Source of the DNA: a virus
Lineage: Duplodnaviria; Caudoviricetes
Strand: one strand, 5' to 3'
DNA length: 35,563 nt
Virus record (IMG/VR): IMGVR_UViG_3300048577_000245
Span: 1-35,563 of that record
The position numbers and the translations under genes are program-made. How positions within the stretch are numbered: the first letter of the stretch is position 1; each line of letters begins with the position of its first letter. Below are positions 34,286 through 35,563 of the stretch, piece by piece. The notes under the pieces were generated by a model. That model was not told where the DNA came from. It made no database searches and saw only the letters and a program-made list of their open reading frames with translations.

Positions 34286-34497
34286 GCACCGGCCAGTCCA
34301 CACCCGCGCCCACCGCCGAGCACGACCTCTGGCAAGACGTCGATTTCTCGACCATCCCCCTGCCCACGGCGCTCCGAATTCAGCGGGCCATGATGGCCGA
34401 CAACATTGCAGCGGCCGAGGCCAACCTGAAGTTGCTGCGGCTTTCGGCCGCGCTGTTCGACCTGCGATTCGGGTTCACGCGTAGCTTTCCTACATGA
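34282..34497 (+). CDS. Hypothetical protein (71 aa)
   Basis: Coupled start; GGGGGA RBS-like sequence. Confidence 0.55.
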   Translation: MSTGQSTPAPTAEHDLWQDVDFSTIPLPTALRIQRAMMADNIAAAEANLKLLRLSAALFDLRFGFTRSFPT

Positions 34498-34715
34498 ACA
34501 CCCTTGCCGCCTTCATCCGCCTGGCGCCACGCTCGTGCACCCTACGGGGTAGCGCCTTCCTGTCGCCTCGCGCGTGCATCTTCAACTTGCTGGGGCAGCG
34601 TGCTGGCCGTGTACCGCGTGCTGCCGATCACCCGGACCTTAAAGCGGCTCAAGCGCTGGCCTAAGGCAGTGGAGTGATGAAGAACATGAATTCGAGACGA
34701 GAAAGGCCGGTAGCA

Positions 34716-35408
34716 ATGAGCAAAGCAGTCACGATCCCGGTGAGCGAGAGCCAGATCAAAGGCATGCATGTGCCCACCTTCAACGGACGAGACCTGCACG
34801 CTGACCTCGGTGTCAGGAAGGATTTTTCCGACTGGATCAAGGTGCAGATCAAGCGCGCCATGCTGGTGGAGAACGAGGACTTCATCACCGTCCCCCAGAA
34901 AGGGGACGGCGGAAAGTTCGCTCCCATCGAATACCACCTGACCATTGAGGCGGGCAAGCACATCGCCATGCTTTCCGGCACGGCCCGCGGCAAAGTGGTG
35001 CGCGACTATTTCCTGGACTGCGAGAAGAAGGCCAAGGCGGCCGCCCCGGTGGTCAAGGATCCGCAGATCGCGGCCGTGATCTTCACCCTGACGCGCATCG
35101 ACGCCATGGAGCAGGAGCAGAAACGCCAGGCCGAGGAACTTGCCCGGATCGCGGAGAGCGTTGCGGTCATCGAGGCACGCACGCAGCCCGAGAACAAGCA
35201 CTTCACCGTGTTGGGCTACGCCAACCTCGCAGGCATTCCGATGGACACCAGGACCGCCGCCACGATAGGGCGCCGCTGCGCTGCCCTGTCGCGCCAGCGC
35301 GGGCTGGTCATTGGCGACGTGAGCGACCCGCGCTTCGGCAATGTGCACAGCTACCACGAGTCGGTGCTGCGTGAGGTGCTGCCCGTCACGCACAAGGAAA
35401 CAGCCTGA
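34716..35408 (+). CDS. AntA/AntB-family antirepressor
   Basis: NGRDLHADLGVRKDFSDWIK...ENEDF...EYHLTIEAGKHIAML...GKVVRDYFLDCEK; RBS GAAAGG. Confidence 0.88.
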   Translation: MSKAVTIPVSESQIKGMHVPTFNGRDLHADLGVRKDFSDWIKVQIKRAMLVENEDFITVPQKGDGGKFAPIEYHLTIEAGKHIAMLSGTARGKVVRDYFLDCEKKAKAAAPVVKDPQIAAVIFTLTRIDAMEQEQKRQAEELARIAESVAVIEARTQPENKHFTVLGYANLAGIPMDTRTAATIGRRCAALSRQRGLVIGDVSDPRFGNVHSYHESVLREVLPVTHKETA

Positions 35409-35526
35409 TGCCGATGTTCAGAAAAGACGAAGGGCCGACAGCGCCAACCGTCAGCCCTTCAAGCGAAACCCGCTCGGCGCCAACCGAGCAGACCTCTTAG
35501 TCCGACCCCTACCAAAGGAACGAACC

Positions 35527-35563
35527 ATGACGAATGATGCCACGCCCGCACTGGCCGCAACAA
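35527..35563 (+). CDS. Start of the next early gene (truncated by window edge)
   Basis: AAAGGAA RBS, then ATG ACG AAT GAT..., open to the window end. Confidence 0.5.
   Translation, partial: MTNDATPALAAT

Larger units (their letters stand above)
3448..35563. mobile_element. Integrated prophage or phage-like element at the tRNA-Leu 3' end; continues past the window (integrase not visible)
   Basis: Abrupt switch from housekeeping genes to phage head, packaging, replication and immunity genes right after the tRNA. Confidence 0.92.

Noticed and set aside
34494-34664. Short ORF MNTLAAFIRL... between early genes
   Set aside because: The coupled start is plausible, but nothing else supports it; it may be a decayed gene, so I did not call it.
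3448-35563. Diversity-generating retroelement or retron (as in BPP-1-like podophages)
   Set aside because: No reverse-transcriptase motifs and no TR/VR pair differing at adenines were seen.

Overview
High-GC betaproteobacterial (Comamonadaceae/Acidovorax-like; inferred from gene content and repeat style) chromosome segment. Bases 1-3447 are host: valS 3' end, a 150-bp MITE nested in a REP-like element, galU, a TusA-family gene, a Nudix hydrolase, cysM and tRNA-Leu(CAA). From the tRNA 3' end to beyond the window lies an integrated prophage-like element. It has a lambdoid control region (cI-like, cro-like, cII-like, palindromic operators, antirepressor), an iteron-bearing initiator plus DnaC-like loader, and a podovirus-type head module (terS, terL, portal, scaffold, N4-gp56-like capsid, decoration protein, adaptor). 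Two putative ejected proteins follow, one a 2640-aa polyvalent PLxRFG protein, separated by a higBA/KilA-N moron cassette. Main observations: (1) the late region looks intact and runs to the att end, yet has no recognisable tail nozzle, fibre/spike or lysis gene, so this may be a head-only, helper-dependent element; (2) a host 55-bp intergenic repeat recurs three times, translated, inside the giant gene; (3) the repressor's S24-like domain lacks both catalytic residues; (4) there is a three-copy candidate late-promoter motif and tandem pseudoknots before the capsid gene. The integrase end is outside the window. All family assignments come from motif recognition by eye, not from searches.
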